A DNA stretch of 64,000 nt. Origin: Nageia nagi. Lineage: Eukaryota > Plantae > Pinophyta. Made by a program: the position numbers and the translations under genes. The stretch spans positions 23,622,001-23,686,000 of the forward strand of contig JBITNC010000002.1 of assembly GCA_050084985.1 (NCBI GenBank), written 5' to 3'. The notes under the pieces were generated by a model. The model worked only from the letters and a program-made list of their open reading frames with translations, was not told the origin of the DNA and did not search any database. This document shows positions 14,731 to 28,449 of the stretch, piece after piece (position 1 is the first letter of the stretch; every line of letters begins with the position of its first letter).

Positions 14731-17100
14731 TAAAACCCTATTTAGGTTCAATATAATTCTCTTAGATTTTCTTAAAATGGAGGTTTCATCTAGGAGAAGA
14801 AATAAGATTCCAATTCTAATTAAGTTAAGGAAGCATTTACAAGTTCAAAGATAGCCAATAATATCCTTAATAATATTTGCACTTTAAAATAGACCTTTCT
14901 AATTCCATCCCCAATCTAACCTCCAAGGTTTCTAAAGTTACCTATGAATTATTGAATATAAATAAAAGAGCATATTATCAACCACAACATCATAGGTAAT
15001 TTTTTCTTCTAGCTTTACCTCATAGAATTATTTGAAAGTATCCATTAAATTCTTGATGCAATAAGAAAGAAAGTAAAAAATGCATAAATTCCCTTGCTAT
15101 AAATATAATCATGCTAGAATCCATTGAACTTGTTCTAGCAATTGACCATGATGGTAAATTATAAAAGCTCACAAATTGTTGGTGGTGGCAATGAAGGAAT
15201 TCTTATTTTTTTTAACTTCATTCTAATTAAACCAATACTTATGCAATTATCATTATTTCTATATAATTCGAATAATAAAATTTTCTTTGACCTTGATTTG
15301 TACAAGAGCAGTAATAAATATTTTAAGGCTAAGTCCTTTCCAAAATGTTTTGCTAAGTGGGAGGATAATGGAATTACAATAATGAATGAGACTCTTCAAA
15401 TCCTTGGAATTATGTAATTCATATAGAATCCACTTACCATAAATAATAGTTCCTTGATAATAGCAATCAACAAGCCTCATGCCTGTAATGTGCTTATGGA
15501 AATAAAAAAATAACATGCAACCCTATGAAAATTTTTTGTTTTAAAGAGAAGTGGTCCATAGAAATTATCTTATAAATATTTCAAGATTCTAATAATAGGA
15601 ATGAGATTATACCAATAAATAAAAACAAAACATGGGCTATCGATATTTTTTTGGAACAAATTTGAAACTTCCTTACTAGAGAAAACTATTTAGTGGTTTA
15701 GTAAGCCCTTTTATTTTTAACTTTTTGCATTTCATAATCTAACCACTATGCAAAAGAATCATAAGAAGAAAATAAAATACATATAAACTTAAAAATTTCT
15801 TCTAGCTAAATTTGATTCCATTGAAAGTGAGTTGGGCAGCTACATAGGGATAAAGAGGATTGTTAATAACAAGGTATATTTTTGCATTGAATATTTAAAC
15901 TTGGTGTCATGTCAAAAGTGTTTAACACCTCTACATCTTGAGTAAAATACTACTCTCTCTTTGGAATAGTGAGAAAAGAATCATAAAAAGTCATTACTAG
16001 TTAAAGATGAGAATGAAGGGAAATTCTATTAGTTGAGCCTTAAAAAACTTTTTATACCAAGGTATATATAGAAGAATTTTTAGGTAAAATTAAGATGGAA
16101 ATAACTCATAAATAATCTTGTTTGATATATCCAATAGATTATGAATCATCTCAATTTAACATTATCATACTAGAAGCATCCTTAAAGATCATATTGATAA
16201 ATATTAAAAAGGCAAGGCGAAACCCTAATTTATGTAACATGGTTAAAATAAAATACCATTCATTACAATCATAGAATTTTCCAAAATAAATTTTAATGAA
16301 TAAATAGTTCTATTTAGATGAATTAGCCCATGCTATTCATTTAAAAATTACCATGATATTAACAAGAAGATACCTCCTATGAATAAAACTAATGTACTTA
16401 GGCTTGTTAATAAGAAGCAAAAGATGTCAAAGGACATAAATCCAAGAATTTACTAATAATCTTGTAACATATATTAAGGAATGTAATAAATATCCAATTG
16501 TTAATCATCAATACATGAATTGGTTTGAGGATAAATTTAATATTACATTCATGGATTATATTGAAAAATGAACTCATTTTCAAAGATTTTCAATTACCGT
16601 GGAGTAGACTAGGACCATTCCATAATTATTTATAGAATTCATAGATAATTCCATCATGGCCTAGAGCTTTATCTTTGGTCATGTATTAAAAAACTTCAAT
16701 AAGATCATCAATAGTCAAATATTTAACATAAATATCTATTTGTGATGAGGATAGTTTTATAATTTTGTTAGTTACAAGAGGCATTGAGCTCCTAAAAGGA
16801 AAAGATAAAATGATAAAGTTGAACACTCCATGTGCACCTAAATCGATTTGAATTAGGTGGTATGATTTAGCTTCTAAAAAAATCCTTTCATACTCTATCT
16901 CAAATCTTAAGAGAATGTAATATGCCTCTTATTTTTACTCCTCTAGCTTTATATATTTCTAGTCATATCCTAAAGTGATGTAGGCCTTAAGAGATTGGCT
17001 AAATGAACAAACTTCAATTTGAACAAAGGTTCTTACTAGCTTAGCTTTATTGTAATGTTGGATTATTTCATACGCTTAGAAACTTCAATACCCATGTAAA
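14731..17100 (-). mobile_element. L1-like LINE reverse-transcriptase region, decayed
   Basis: KDKALGHDG (K.PGPDG motif) at ~16650-16680; SFIHRRYLLVNI at ~16360-16400; joins 3848 across element A. Confidence 0.75.
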
Positions 17101-18115
17101 GAAAAAAAAGGTTAATGTAAGAAATAACATTAGTCGATCATTAAAAAAATACAAGGGACTAAATTCTAAATATGATGAATTTGTAGAATAATCACCAACT
17201 ACTTGAGAAGATAAGTATTCAAGTGAAATTGAAATCATAATTGTTAAGGTGGAGGTGGAGTAAAAATAATATAAAAATCATAGAGGTATGATTAAAATAT
17301 AATAAATAGAAGAAACGAAACATGTAGAAAAAAAAAAGGCAAAAATGTTAAAATTAGAGTTCTTATTGCAATCATTTCCTATGGACTAACCTTTAGTTGA
17401 AGTATCAACATTTGTTTTTATTTTTCTTTTATTTTCTTCTTTAATATGAGAGAAAACACTCCCAAAATAAAATTATTCTTCCTTTATTGCTTCTTATTAC
17501 CCTTATTATAGTGTTTTTCTCATGCTATTTTTTTTTCTATCTTTGCAACTTGTTCAAAACTTTTCTTTTAGGTCACTAAACCTTTCAAATGGATTTTGTT
17601 TATTTGTATTTATGGTACCTACTAACTAGCATTGGTTTTCTTTTGGAAAAAATCATTCCTAATTTCTTCATTGTCAATTTCAATAATCAAGGATACATCC
17701 TCTTTAGTTAATATTTTCCTTTTTGATCCTTTCAAATATTTCAAACCATTAAATAAACAATATTCAAGGATACATCTTTTTTAGTTAATATATATTTAAA
17801 ATATAAAAGAAAAATCTTCAAAAGAAACTCAAAATATTTCAACATTCTATTTTTTTTTAGTTCTTTATGCTATCTTCTAGTATTTTTCCAACTAAATTAT
17901 GTTTAATTACTTCAAAATCTAGTTCACTAAGAAAAATAGTAAGATTTTCACAACTATAAATCTTGTTTCTTTTCATATTACTACAATTTTGATGGATAAA
18001 TTTATATGATGACCACAACATCTTTATGAGAATTACTTAAAATTACCAGTATACATATTAATACCAAATGAACCCATTTTATTTATACTTCTTTAATTTA
18101 TCATATCTGTTCTCT

Positions 18116-18201
18116 CAAAATCATCCCCAATACTATAAATTATCCCTTGATCTAATCCCAAAATCATCCCCAATACTATAAATTATCCCTTGATCTAATC
18201 C
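18116..18201. repeat. Perfect 43-bp tandem duplication
   Basis: caaaatcatccccaatactataaattatcccttgatctaatcc occurs twice. Confidence 0.95.
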
Positions 18202-18974
18202 CTATTGAGACTCAATTATATAAACTTGAATACCCCTTATCCATTCTAGTTTTTAGTCATTTCAAAGTTAAGACTTGAATTTAAGGAAATGCACAATGTT
18301 CCTTACACTTATGAATACACTCTAGTACAGATGTTGATATCATTTTACTTTATTACAATATTACATGAAGGATATGATATGCATTTTAGCAATTGTACCA
18401 GATTTTGTCATTATTTATATCAACGTTTACTCTCTTTATTGGTTGATGGGATACATTAATGCCATTCTACTTCCAATCAATTCTACGTATAGATTATTTT
18501 AACTCTTTCATTATTTATTCAATACCTATTTTACTTAATTATTATCTTTGATTAGTCATCATTAATCAAAATTTATTTAATTTCAGTTTTTGGGTCGCTT
18601 CCTCTCCTATTTGAAGGTAAATTTGAATAAATATTTTAAATGATATTTAAATCTATGATTTCATTTATGTTTTTGTTTTAGTTTTTAAAAATTCTCCTAC
18701 TGATATATCTTTGAATTATTCAATATAAATGGAAAGGAATATAAGCATAAAATTTATTTAAGAGTTTATTATATAATAATCCCTTCTGTCATTACATTAA
18801 CATTTTTTTAAAAGTTTTTGCTTGGATTTAATTTAAATTCATTTCCTTTCGTGATTTCTTTTAAATTGTATTGAGAGATGTTACCAAATTGTAGGAAATT
18901 CGATTCTATATGTAAAAAAAATATAGACTCAAGATGATATCAAGATCAAAACTTATAACCTTTGCAAGGTACAT

Positions 18975-19120
18975 CATAAGGAAAGGAAGATCCACTTTAG
19001 GATATACCACATTTCTATGAAAGTCTCCAATTTCATAGAGATCCAAAAGGTAGAAAATAGTGTCAGATTCACCAACCAAGGCAGAATATGTTGAAGCATT
19101 AGAAATGTGAATTGGTTTAC
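18975..19120 (+). pseudogene. Isolated copia RNase H remnant
   Basis: GRSTLGYTTFL*KSPIS*RSKR*KIVSDSPTKAEYVEA. Confidence 0.75.
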
Positions 19121-22100
19121 AATGGTACACTTCAACTGATACATTATCCTATATAAGATCAAGTTGTTGTTATCTTCACTAAGCCTCTTAGTAATGTGAA
19201 GTTTGAATAGTTTAGATACATGTTAGGCCTCAATCTCTTTCTAAAGGTGGAGGAAGTATATGTACATAGAGATTAATACATTTTTATAAAACCACCTTGT
19301 GGGCATGATATGTTTTAGTTAGTCTTATTCTTTCCTCTTCATGAAAACCCCTTATGGGCTTGGGAGGATAAGGGTTGTACTTGTTTTAGAAAATTAGAAC
19401 CTATGAAAACATGAAAGAGCATGGGGGACAATCAAATGATATATGGAGACCTAGCAGAATTATAACTGCATCTTTAATATTTTTCAATAAAGTGGGAGTT
19501 TTCCTCTGAGCACTCTAGTTTCTCCTTTCTAACGTGAAAATAAGGCTATTCTTCCCTTATTCATTAAGGAGGGAATTGAAAGTAATTATGTCTTTATATT
19601 AATGAATAGTGTTGTTTTGGAAAATTTAATTATCCCACATGCATTGATGTAACATGAACACTCCTCTCCTGGTACTATAAAAAGGAAGTAATGGGTAAAG
19701 AAAAATGTTGTTATCTTTTCCTCTTTCCTTCCATATTTATTTTTATACTCTTCTTATAATCTATATGCATGTGATTTATTATTTCTTTCATTACTCCATG
19801 TTAAAATTGAAGTCACCACACTTAAATGTTACACAATTCAAATACACACTTGAAATTCTAAGGTTACTATATCGAGGAACAAATGAGAAGTATAAAAAAT
19901 CAAGTTCAATGCCAACCTTTATTATATTTATAGATAATTTTTTGAACTAAAAAATTTATAATTTAATATTAAAAAATGCTTCTTGGAATATGCATGAATA
20001 GTACCTTGATGTCTTAGAACTCATATGATACCTCTATAGGATATGAAGATAGCCAATACCATCTAGAGAATAATACATAAATGATTTTTAATGATATAAA
20101 TATTTTTCTCTAAATTGTAATGAAGATTGATCTAAAATATCTCATCTTTCATTTTAGAAGTGTGGATTTGTTTTTGTTTCCACAAGCCAAGTGTCATTTC
20201 ATATTACTCAATTTTAGTCCTCATCTCAAAGAACATGAAATATTATGAATTCACAAGTTATTCAATCATTTAGACCTTACCTTTGGTGTCACATGCCTAT
20301 TTCACTCATTCTTTGATTTGACTAATAGTGGGTATAGAACCAATTATTTTTCCAATCAAGGTAGTTTTTGTGTTTTTTTTTTTAATTCCTTCACATTAAT
20401 TATTTATTTTGGGACTATGATTATTGACATTTCCTATTTCCTTTTCAAAAGAAGCCTTTTGTATTTATGTGTTTCTTTGTCCTTCTCTTTGTCTTTTATT
20501 AGAATAGAAAGTTTCGGGGCTTTTCTTCAAAATTTCTTTACTTTCCTTTATTTTATATTAGATAAAAGGAATAATAGATAAAAGGAATAATGAAGATTTT
20601 CTTGAAGTTCTTTATTTTACCTATCAGTTCATTGAAGCATTCATTTTTAATGGTCATTTCTATGAGTGTTATTTTATAATGTGAAACAATGTCCTTGTAG
20701 AATTTACATTTCTTAAATATTAGTTGGATATAACTTTTTATTTAATTGAAATCAAAAGCAAAAAAAATAAAATAATATTAGTGAATGAAAAAACTCCTTT
20801 CAAGACTAAGATGGCTCGAGAAGGTATAGCTCAAATGGTGTCTATTCCTTCAAAGATTTAGATGAGAATCCTTCTTTGAAGCATTCTTGACATTTCTTAA
20901 ACTAGCTTAAAGGAAACTTATATTAAAAAAGAAATTGATTACATTGTTATAGAGTAGAATAGGTATTTTTATGATGATGATATATATGTTTTTATCACGA
21001 TGAATAAGAAAAAATATATTTTAATTGTTATTGTAAACCAACTCCAAACATTTGATTTAGTAAAACAATCAATATATTTTATGTATGAAATATTAATTAT
21101 ATAAATAATTTTTAATTACCACCTTTTTATTTATTTTATGGAAAAATATTTTCTTATACTTACTATTTAGAACTAAACTTATATAATATCTTCTCCACAA
21201 AGAAAATTGACCATATGATAATCGAATTTGTTGGATTACATAATTCTTATAAAAATATATAAAAATAATTTTATGCAAATATTCATCAAGAAAGAATTAG
21301 AAAATTAAGAAGTATTGAGTTATGTTAGATATTTTTATATTATTTATATCAAAATATTAATTATTAAAATTGCATGAGATGTGTTCCTTCTTAACATGAA
21401 GTTATGATTACATTTAGTAAATCTAAAACCTATAATATTTGAATGATATAAAATTATTTTTTATGCATTAAAAAATCATTGATAATAATTATCTAAAAGT
21501 AATATTTAAATATAATTATTTAATAAAAAATAATGAATATATTTTAATTTCTAAAATTATGGTGTATTCAATAGTAGCAAAGTTATAATCTATTTAATTT
21601 GATTTGAATTTAGTTTATTTTTATTTTGTTACTGGACTTGTTATGAGTACTTTGAGATATTTTATGAATGAATTAAATTACTTTATACTGATGAAAAATT
21701 TTCATATTTACTTGCAGGAAATAAGATATTTGACGATGAGTTTTTTGAACTTTTGAGAGATAACAACATTTTCAAATAATAAAATTTCAGTTTGATTTTT
21801 TATTATATGGATTGAAAAGTTAATTCTGATTTTTATTTTGCAATTTTAATAGATATTTACAACTATTACTATTTAAAAAGTATTTAATGATGTTATTTTT
21901 TAATTAAAATTGGTATAATATACTTAAAAATTCATTCTATATTATTCAATTAAACATTGTACAAATATCATATGTATGAGATCTTTTTTGTTGTTTAACT
22001 TGATATGCTATCTATAGGATCTTTTGTATTTGTTAAAACTTTAAAGACTTTTTTTTTTATAATTTTAAATACATGATTTTTATTAAATATAATTTGTTTT

Positions 22101-22642
22101 AGATGTTTTTTTCAAAAAATATATTTTATGGTAAAAAGATGTAGCTTTGCCTCTACCTATTATTAAATTGCTTTTCTGTTTGATGTAATCTTTTGCATAA
22201 TTATGTTTATTCCCTTTATTCTATTGCTAACTTTATGATTACTTGATTTTAGAAGTTGTTTTGAAAAATCATTTATTTTTATCTGTATAAAAATTATAAT
22301 ATTTTTTTGAAAATTAATCAATTTTATTTGTTCTTAGTGATTAAGTAGTTGAAAAGAAAATAATTATTTTCTCCATTATATAAAATATATTATATCATTT
22401 AAATAAATTTTTTAAATTAAATGTTAATTATTTCAAATTGAAAATTGTTATATCATCTTGAATTTTATGAGAAGTTTCTATTTAATTATATTTATATTTT
22501 GGCATCATTGAGCTTATGATTATAAAATACTGTAGCTTTATTATGTTGGTGCTTGAAGTTTTAACCATTGATCTGGGTTATTTTTTTAAGGATTTAACAT
22601 TACATATATTTTATTATTATCAGTGGAATAAATGATAATTGA

Positions 22643-24450
22643 AGTACGAATTTGTTGTACTTGGCAATTGAATTGAGTTTGAACCATAGCACAAAAAGAA
22701 ATTAATATATGATAAGTTTCAGACTTATGGCGCATCAAGTAAACCCATAAACAATGAGAATGATCATTGATAACATTAAGAAAATAATGTGCACCGGTGT
22801 TGTTGGGAGCAGAATGTTTCCCCCAAATGTCACAATGAAGAAGAGTAAAAGGACGTAGACTTTTATTATTACTCAACGAAAAAGGTAAACATGATTGTTT
22901 TGCTAAATGACAAGCATCATAATGGAGATCCATAACATGAAAGTTGTGAGAAAATGCAGAAACAACAGTTGACAGATGATGATTGGATGGATGACCGAGG
23001 CATTGATGCCATAGATGGAAAGAAGAGTCGCGAGTAGCTGGAAACGTTGTGGTATTAGTGGAAGGAGAATGAAAATAGTAGAGGCCATCGTGCGCATCTC
23101 CCCAACTCCAGTCAGCCTCCTCGTCGACAGGTCCTGAAAAACATAAAAGGAAGGAAAGAAAGTGACAGCATAATTCATGGAATGAGTTATTTTGCTTACA
23201 GATAACAAATTAAAATGAAAAGATGGGACATGTAGTACGTTAGATACAGAGATACGAGAAGTAATAGAAGTGGTGCCTTGGTGCGTTATAGGAAGGGTAT
23301 TACCGTTGGGAAGCTGTACTAGTCTAGAGTGAGGGGTGGGAGCGGGGTTTTGTAATGATGCGAGAGAGGGTGTCATGTGGTCGGAGGCACCACTATCTAT
23401 TATTCATGAATCAGAAGCTAAAGGGAGGTTGAGTGACAAGTTACGTTACTTGCTAGATTGACAGTGTAGGTGGAGTGCTCAACACGAAGCAAAGATAGAA
23501 GTTAATGGTACTCCTCCACAGTGAGAGATGGCAATGGAGGTGTACTTGTAGGTGACAAGGCAGACACCTGAGGAGGGCTAGCATTGGCTTGTGGCTGACC
23601 TAATGCTCCTCAACGATTTTGGAGTTGATATCCCGGTGGATAACCATGTAAGGGCCAGCATGTATCTTCGGTGTGACCATAAACATTACAATGGTCACAG
23701 TAGGGTCTGTTACGACCACGCCCAGCAGGTTGAGTTCCATTGTTTCCTTTGTGCCTTGTTGAATGGTAACAAGGGCTCGCTTGAGGTGAAAGATCCGTGG
23801 AGCATTGCTATGAGAAAATCATTCTTCAAGTTCAGTCCACACTGATTGAGTTGTGTCAGCATAAATGACACTATCGGTTCTGATAAGAACGTTGAGAATC
23901 CATGATAAAACCATGAAATTACATCTCTCCCGAGCTTGGACATCAGAAGGAGGAGAGCTGGGTTTGAACAAAGTGCCATCAACAAAACCCATTTTGTTCT
24001 TAGCATACAAAGCCATCCGGATGGTTCGACCCCAAGTGGAATAATTGTCGCCATTGAGGGGAGTAGAAACCAGAATCATTCTTGGGTTGTCAGAGTGATG
24101 GAGGTAATACAGTGAGGAAGAATCATTATTGGTAGAAGCAGTAGGAGACTGTGAAGCATTGGTGGTGGAGGATGAATTTGTTGCCATGATAGATCTAGTC
24201 AAATAAATGGAATGTTTGCCCAGGAAGCATGGTAAAGTTCTGATACCATGTAAAGTTTTGAAAACTTAATGCATTCTATTAACAAGGAAATGAATATACA
24301 AACAAGGTTACAATGAATCGCATCCCTGATTGATAGGGATGAATAAAGAAACAGCTACGGTGAGACAGATCCCTGATTTATAGGTACAAATAAAGGAAAC
24401 AATGTAATGAAAATAGAAGAAACTCATATTACTCTGCTTCCTTTCTAACG
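22643..24450 (-). mobile_element. 3'-truncated Ty1/copia element C (Ale/RE1-like): 5' LTR, PBS, gag, protease, start of integrase
   Basis: ~200-bp LTR at 24249-~24450; PBS revcomp TGGTATCAGAAC ending at 24248; YYLHHSDNP.MILVSTPLNGDNYSTW..AKNKMGFVDG, IIDSGASDHM, CHLAKQ..LLHCDIWG; breaks off at QQIRT. Confidence 0.9.
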
Positions 24451-24474
24451 AGATTTCCCAAACTAACATAGCAG

Positions 24475-25403
24475 GGGTAGTTCTTCCTGTTAAGAAGAAT
24501 CAAGCTGCAGTGATAGACCCCATTCTGCCAGGAGTCACCCATGAGACTCTAAAGTAAGAAGACGTCCCATAGAGAGAGACTGTAAGAACAATGTAGAAAG
24601 AGATGAGAGCTCAACTTTTTTGACTATTCAGAATACACATTTGAGAGAACCTTGCTACCCATATTTCTTTCACTACTCTTCATTGGTTTACCAAGAGTCA
24701 TCTATGAAACGATTGTGAGGAGTAAATTGTATCATTCTTGGTAGGATTTGAACATGAGACACTTTGTGAAACAGAGTCACAAAGTGATGGACTCAACCAA
24801 TAAACTGTGAGATTTGAGTTCCATTGACCTATTTTTTATCACTTATTGACATTAAAATATATTTCTGTTTCTATTTATTTCTACTTTTTCTTTAGAGTGA
24901 CCATATTATATTTTCAAGCGTGTCATCTTCGTTTAGTGTGTAGATAGATAAAAATGTCTCATATCTTTAGCTTCCTTGGAGAGATATGCTTGTAAGGGGG
25001 AGTTCTTTCCATTTTTAAACCTGCCTTCCAGCCTCTACTATCCAAGACCAGTAGGCTTCTACCTTTTCCCCCCATTCCACGGCAAGACGTTGGTGCAAAT
25101 TGGACAATAAGTTTTGTGGATGAAAGAGATTCTCCGTAAATATATGGTTTATGCGAAGAAATCAACATTGGTCCCATTCCCAATTTTCTATTTGATAAAA
25201 TGAAGAACAAATTTCCAAGCCTTCCCCAAGCTGTTCTAGATCAATGTGCCTGAAGGTGTATCAAATGAACCGAAGATTCATTCAGCTTCTTTACTTTCAA
25301 GATATTAAGGCCTTACCCACAGAGAATAATAGTTGAAGTATATTCTCCAGATTTCCTTGCCCAACAATATTTTTTTCATGGTTTGGGGACTTCTTTTGCT
25401 TAG
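24475..25403 (+). pseudogene. Two-exon fragment of an unidentified gene (exons 24475-24553 and 24944-25403)
   Basis: ctaac..cag acceptor and aa|gtaaga donor; the phase-consistent join gives VVLPVKKNQAAVIDPILPGVTHETLK*IKMSHIF...IIVEVYSPDFLAQQYFFHG, with five internal stops each one C>T from Gln or Arg. Confidence 0.45.
24735..24812 (-). mobile_element. Possible tRNA-derived SINE head
   Basis: Minus-strand B-box gttcaaatcc (~24744-24753), weak A-box, and a perfect 10-bp stem with 7-nt loop at 24760-24786. Confidence 0.4.
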
Positions 25404-25877
25404 GGTCTTTGTAGCCTTTCTTGTTAAAAATATTGTTAGAAATATGTATTGTGTAGTATAATGTGAGTTTTCAGTGTGTTTTATAACAATTTGGTTAAAT
25501 TGTTATCTATTTTTTATTTTATATTTTTTTATTTATATGAAATAATACAATATGATTATACTAAATAATACAACTCGTCGAAAATCCATTCCTTGCTGTC
25601 GATAACTTCTGAAAGTGTTTTTCTAACCCAGTTTTTATGAATATACATAATTTGTTGGATTAAGTTAAAAATAAAAAAAATAGAAATCTAAGAGACAATG
25701 TGAGACGGTGAGACCTACTGTTATTGATAGAGCACGTTGTACAAATACTGACAAAAGTATTCACCATGGAATTCTGCGTCTGAGTTGCTTGTAATTTTGT
25801 TATGCGTCTTTTGATCTGCGCGTATTGTGCTGCTGTGTGACTTTTTTGGGCGGAGTTTGTTAGTTCTCATAGCACAG

Positions 25878-26850
25878 GACGCTCATTGGTCAAACATGTT
25901 GCATGACGTGCTTGTCAAAGGAGTAGACGTCAGTGAAGTTTTAGGAGACTTAGAGGAGATATTCATCTGGGCAATACAATCTCCCTTAGACCTGATGGAT
26001 AGCACCCAAAGGTTGTGTTGTATTCATGAGATCGAGAAGGAAATCGCTATCCTGCCATTGGTGAAGTTGTTTGCAGAGATAGAAACATCCTACAACTATA
26101 GAACGACGTGCAAGTGTAGTAGTTTGAGGGAGAAATCTCAGAGCATGATAATTATAAAGTATTTGTTTATGCATACTCTTATGCAATGGAAAATAAAATA
26201 GATGAAATTCATGGAGAGGAATATGAGTTTGATGCTGTTGTGTGGTGGGTAAAATTGTAAGAGAAATACATGACTAAAGATTATAAGATTGACTTCTATT
26301 TTGTCTACTATATCTAACACTCCATTCAATAGTTCAAGGATGAAATTGATGGATACTTGATGGTTATAATTGACAAAGATAAAGAACAATGTTTCTTTCC
26401 AGAACAGATCTTCCATATGAGGATGTTGAGGAAGAACTTATTAAATTATGAATGCTAAAAAAAAATGTTAATAAGTATGAATAGATATTTTTTATTCCCA
26501 TTCATATATGGATTGCAGATTCTCAAGAATTTGATGGTCATTTGTGATTGATGTGTTATCCCCAATATCCTTTGCAGTTTTGATATGTGTTATTTGGATA
26601 GATGTGTTTGTTTCTATCCTTTCTTGGTTTGGACAATGCCTAGACATTGTTATAGAAGTTGCATTTCAAGGATAGAAGTTTCCGAAATTTTGTTTGTTGT
26701 ATGTGATAGTAGATTCCCACAAAGTACCACATATGAAGAATAAGGATGGCAAGTTCCCAAACATTACCTACTCAAATTTTAGTGAGCCCATTGTTGTTGA
26801 AAATAGTTTGATTATTAGTAAGCCCATTACCACTAAGAAACAATAATGTA
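25878..26850 (+). pseudogene. Decayed unidentified gene, about 2 exons
   Basis: cag acceptors ending at 25877 and 26518; protein-like frames DAHWSNMLHDVLVKG..AEIETSY, FEGEISEHDNYKVF..EYEFDAVVWWVKL, DSQEFDGHL.. with deamination-type stops and one frameshift. Confidence 0.4.
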
Positions 26851-26859
26851 TGACATGGA

Positions 26860-28153
26860 ATAATAAATAATATTGTTAATTAGGTATCAAAGATAAAATA
26901 ATGCTTTATAAGCATTTACTTAAGGTCACTTAATATTTATGGTTGTCTTCTAAAATTGTATGCTCAAAACCATGTTCTCAAACCATGGTATTCATTAAGG
27001 TCATTTAATGTTTACGGTTATCTTGTAAAACCATGTCCTCAATACCATGTTCTCAAAAATAGTACATACATAAGTTTGCATAAACATTATCGACTAAAGA
27101 GTCTCACTCCTTACATGGTCTCGAATGGTTGGGACTTGGAGGCATCCTAGTTTCATCCCCTCCCTTTATCAAATTCCTTGATGAGATTGCTCCTACTTCA
27201 GGTTGCCCCACTAATTGAGGTGATCCAAAAGTCCTCTAGACCACCTAAGTAACCTGGGATATTGCCCTACACATGGGTCCCCCCTATGTCAGCTATCTCA
27301 TAGAATGTTCCTCACTCTTGTACGAGGTAACCATGGTCTTGGATTGGTTGAACATTATGGATTCAATCTTGTATGTCATTAGGTCCACCATTGTCAGCCC
27401 AACCTCCATGAGTTACCTTATGTAATCTAATTCCTTGATGATCTCTCAATGTAGTTCACCTAGTACCCTCTACATCCTCTATTGATACTCTACTTTGCTA
27501 ATGGTGGGATTTTTATTAGAGATGATGCCCTTCTTGTCCTACAATCACATCCATCCTTATCTCTAGCAATGATTGCTAATATCATCAGCAATATCCTTAT
27601 CTCCCCTTGCATGGCTTGAGTTGTATCTAGCTATTGTTGTAGGGTATCCCACTCACTCTAGTACTGCATGATGCACAAATCTAATCATTTCTATGATCGA
27701 GGTGTTCTCAACTCTTCAACATCCCATTGTGGGATCCTCAATCTTGTTGGCACATCATCCTATGCCACCTCCCTTGCTTAGGGCTCTCCCTCCTTTGATA
27801 TGTTTAAGTAAAAATCCATAATAATATTTATAAGGACTATAGGTATGTTTTTTAAGGGGAGACAATTGGACAAAATGTAATGGATGTTCATCATCATCTT
27901 CTAATTACTACTTAGCAATTCATCCTCCATTCCGATGGTTGGAAGGAATGATAAATAATAATAAATAATATTGTTAATTAGGTATCAATGATAAAATAAT
28001 GCTTTTAAGCAATTAGTTAAGGTCATTTAATTTTTATGGTTATCTTGTAAAATTGTATCCTCAATACCATATTCTCAAACCATAGTATTCATTATGTCAT
28101 TTGATATTTATGATGGTCTTCTAAAATCATGTCCTTAATACCATGTTATCAAA
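26860..28153. repeat. Pair of ~200-bp direct repeats (26860-~27057, 27957-~28153), each containing an internal ~74-bp dimer
   Basis: aataataaataatattgttaattaggtatcaa..ttaaggtca..aaaccat..tattcatta occurs twice. Confidence 0.8.
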
Positions 28154-28449
28154 CTATGGTATCCATTCTTGTAAATACTTATTTATAGACTTCTCTATGT
28201 AATAAAATGTATTCTGGATTTTAATTTCATACCAATGTGTATGATGATAAATGTAAGGATTTCTCATAAATGGGATGTTAGATATATTTGTTGTGTAGCA
28301 TATGTTATTTTTTAGTATGTTTGTCTATTATAACAACTTGATTAAGTTGTTATGTACTCTTTTCTTATATCTACCTATATATATGAAGTAATACAATGTG
28401 ATTGTATGTTGCATACTTAATCATTTTCAATATTTTTTAAAAAAACTAT

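Noticed and set aside
19150-20350. Possible LINE endonuclease and gypsy gag scraps
   Set aside because: Motifs too eroded to support a call.
24959-25330. Minus-strand ORF and apparent gt..ag intron
   Set aside because: The plus-strand frame fits the splice phase and stop pattern better; probably an antisense shadow.
25878-26100. Faint resemblance to the region preceding the helicase core of SEN1/MAA3-like proteins
   Set aside because: Only a hydrophobic-pattern match; no helicase motifs follow.
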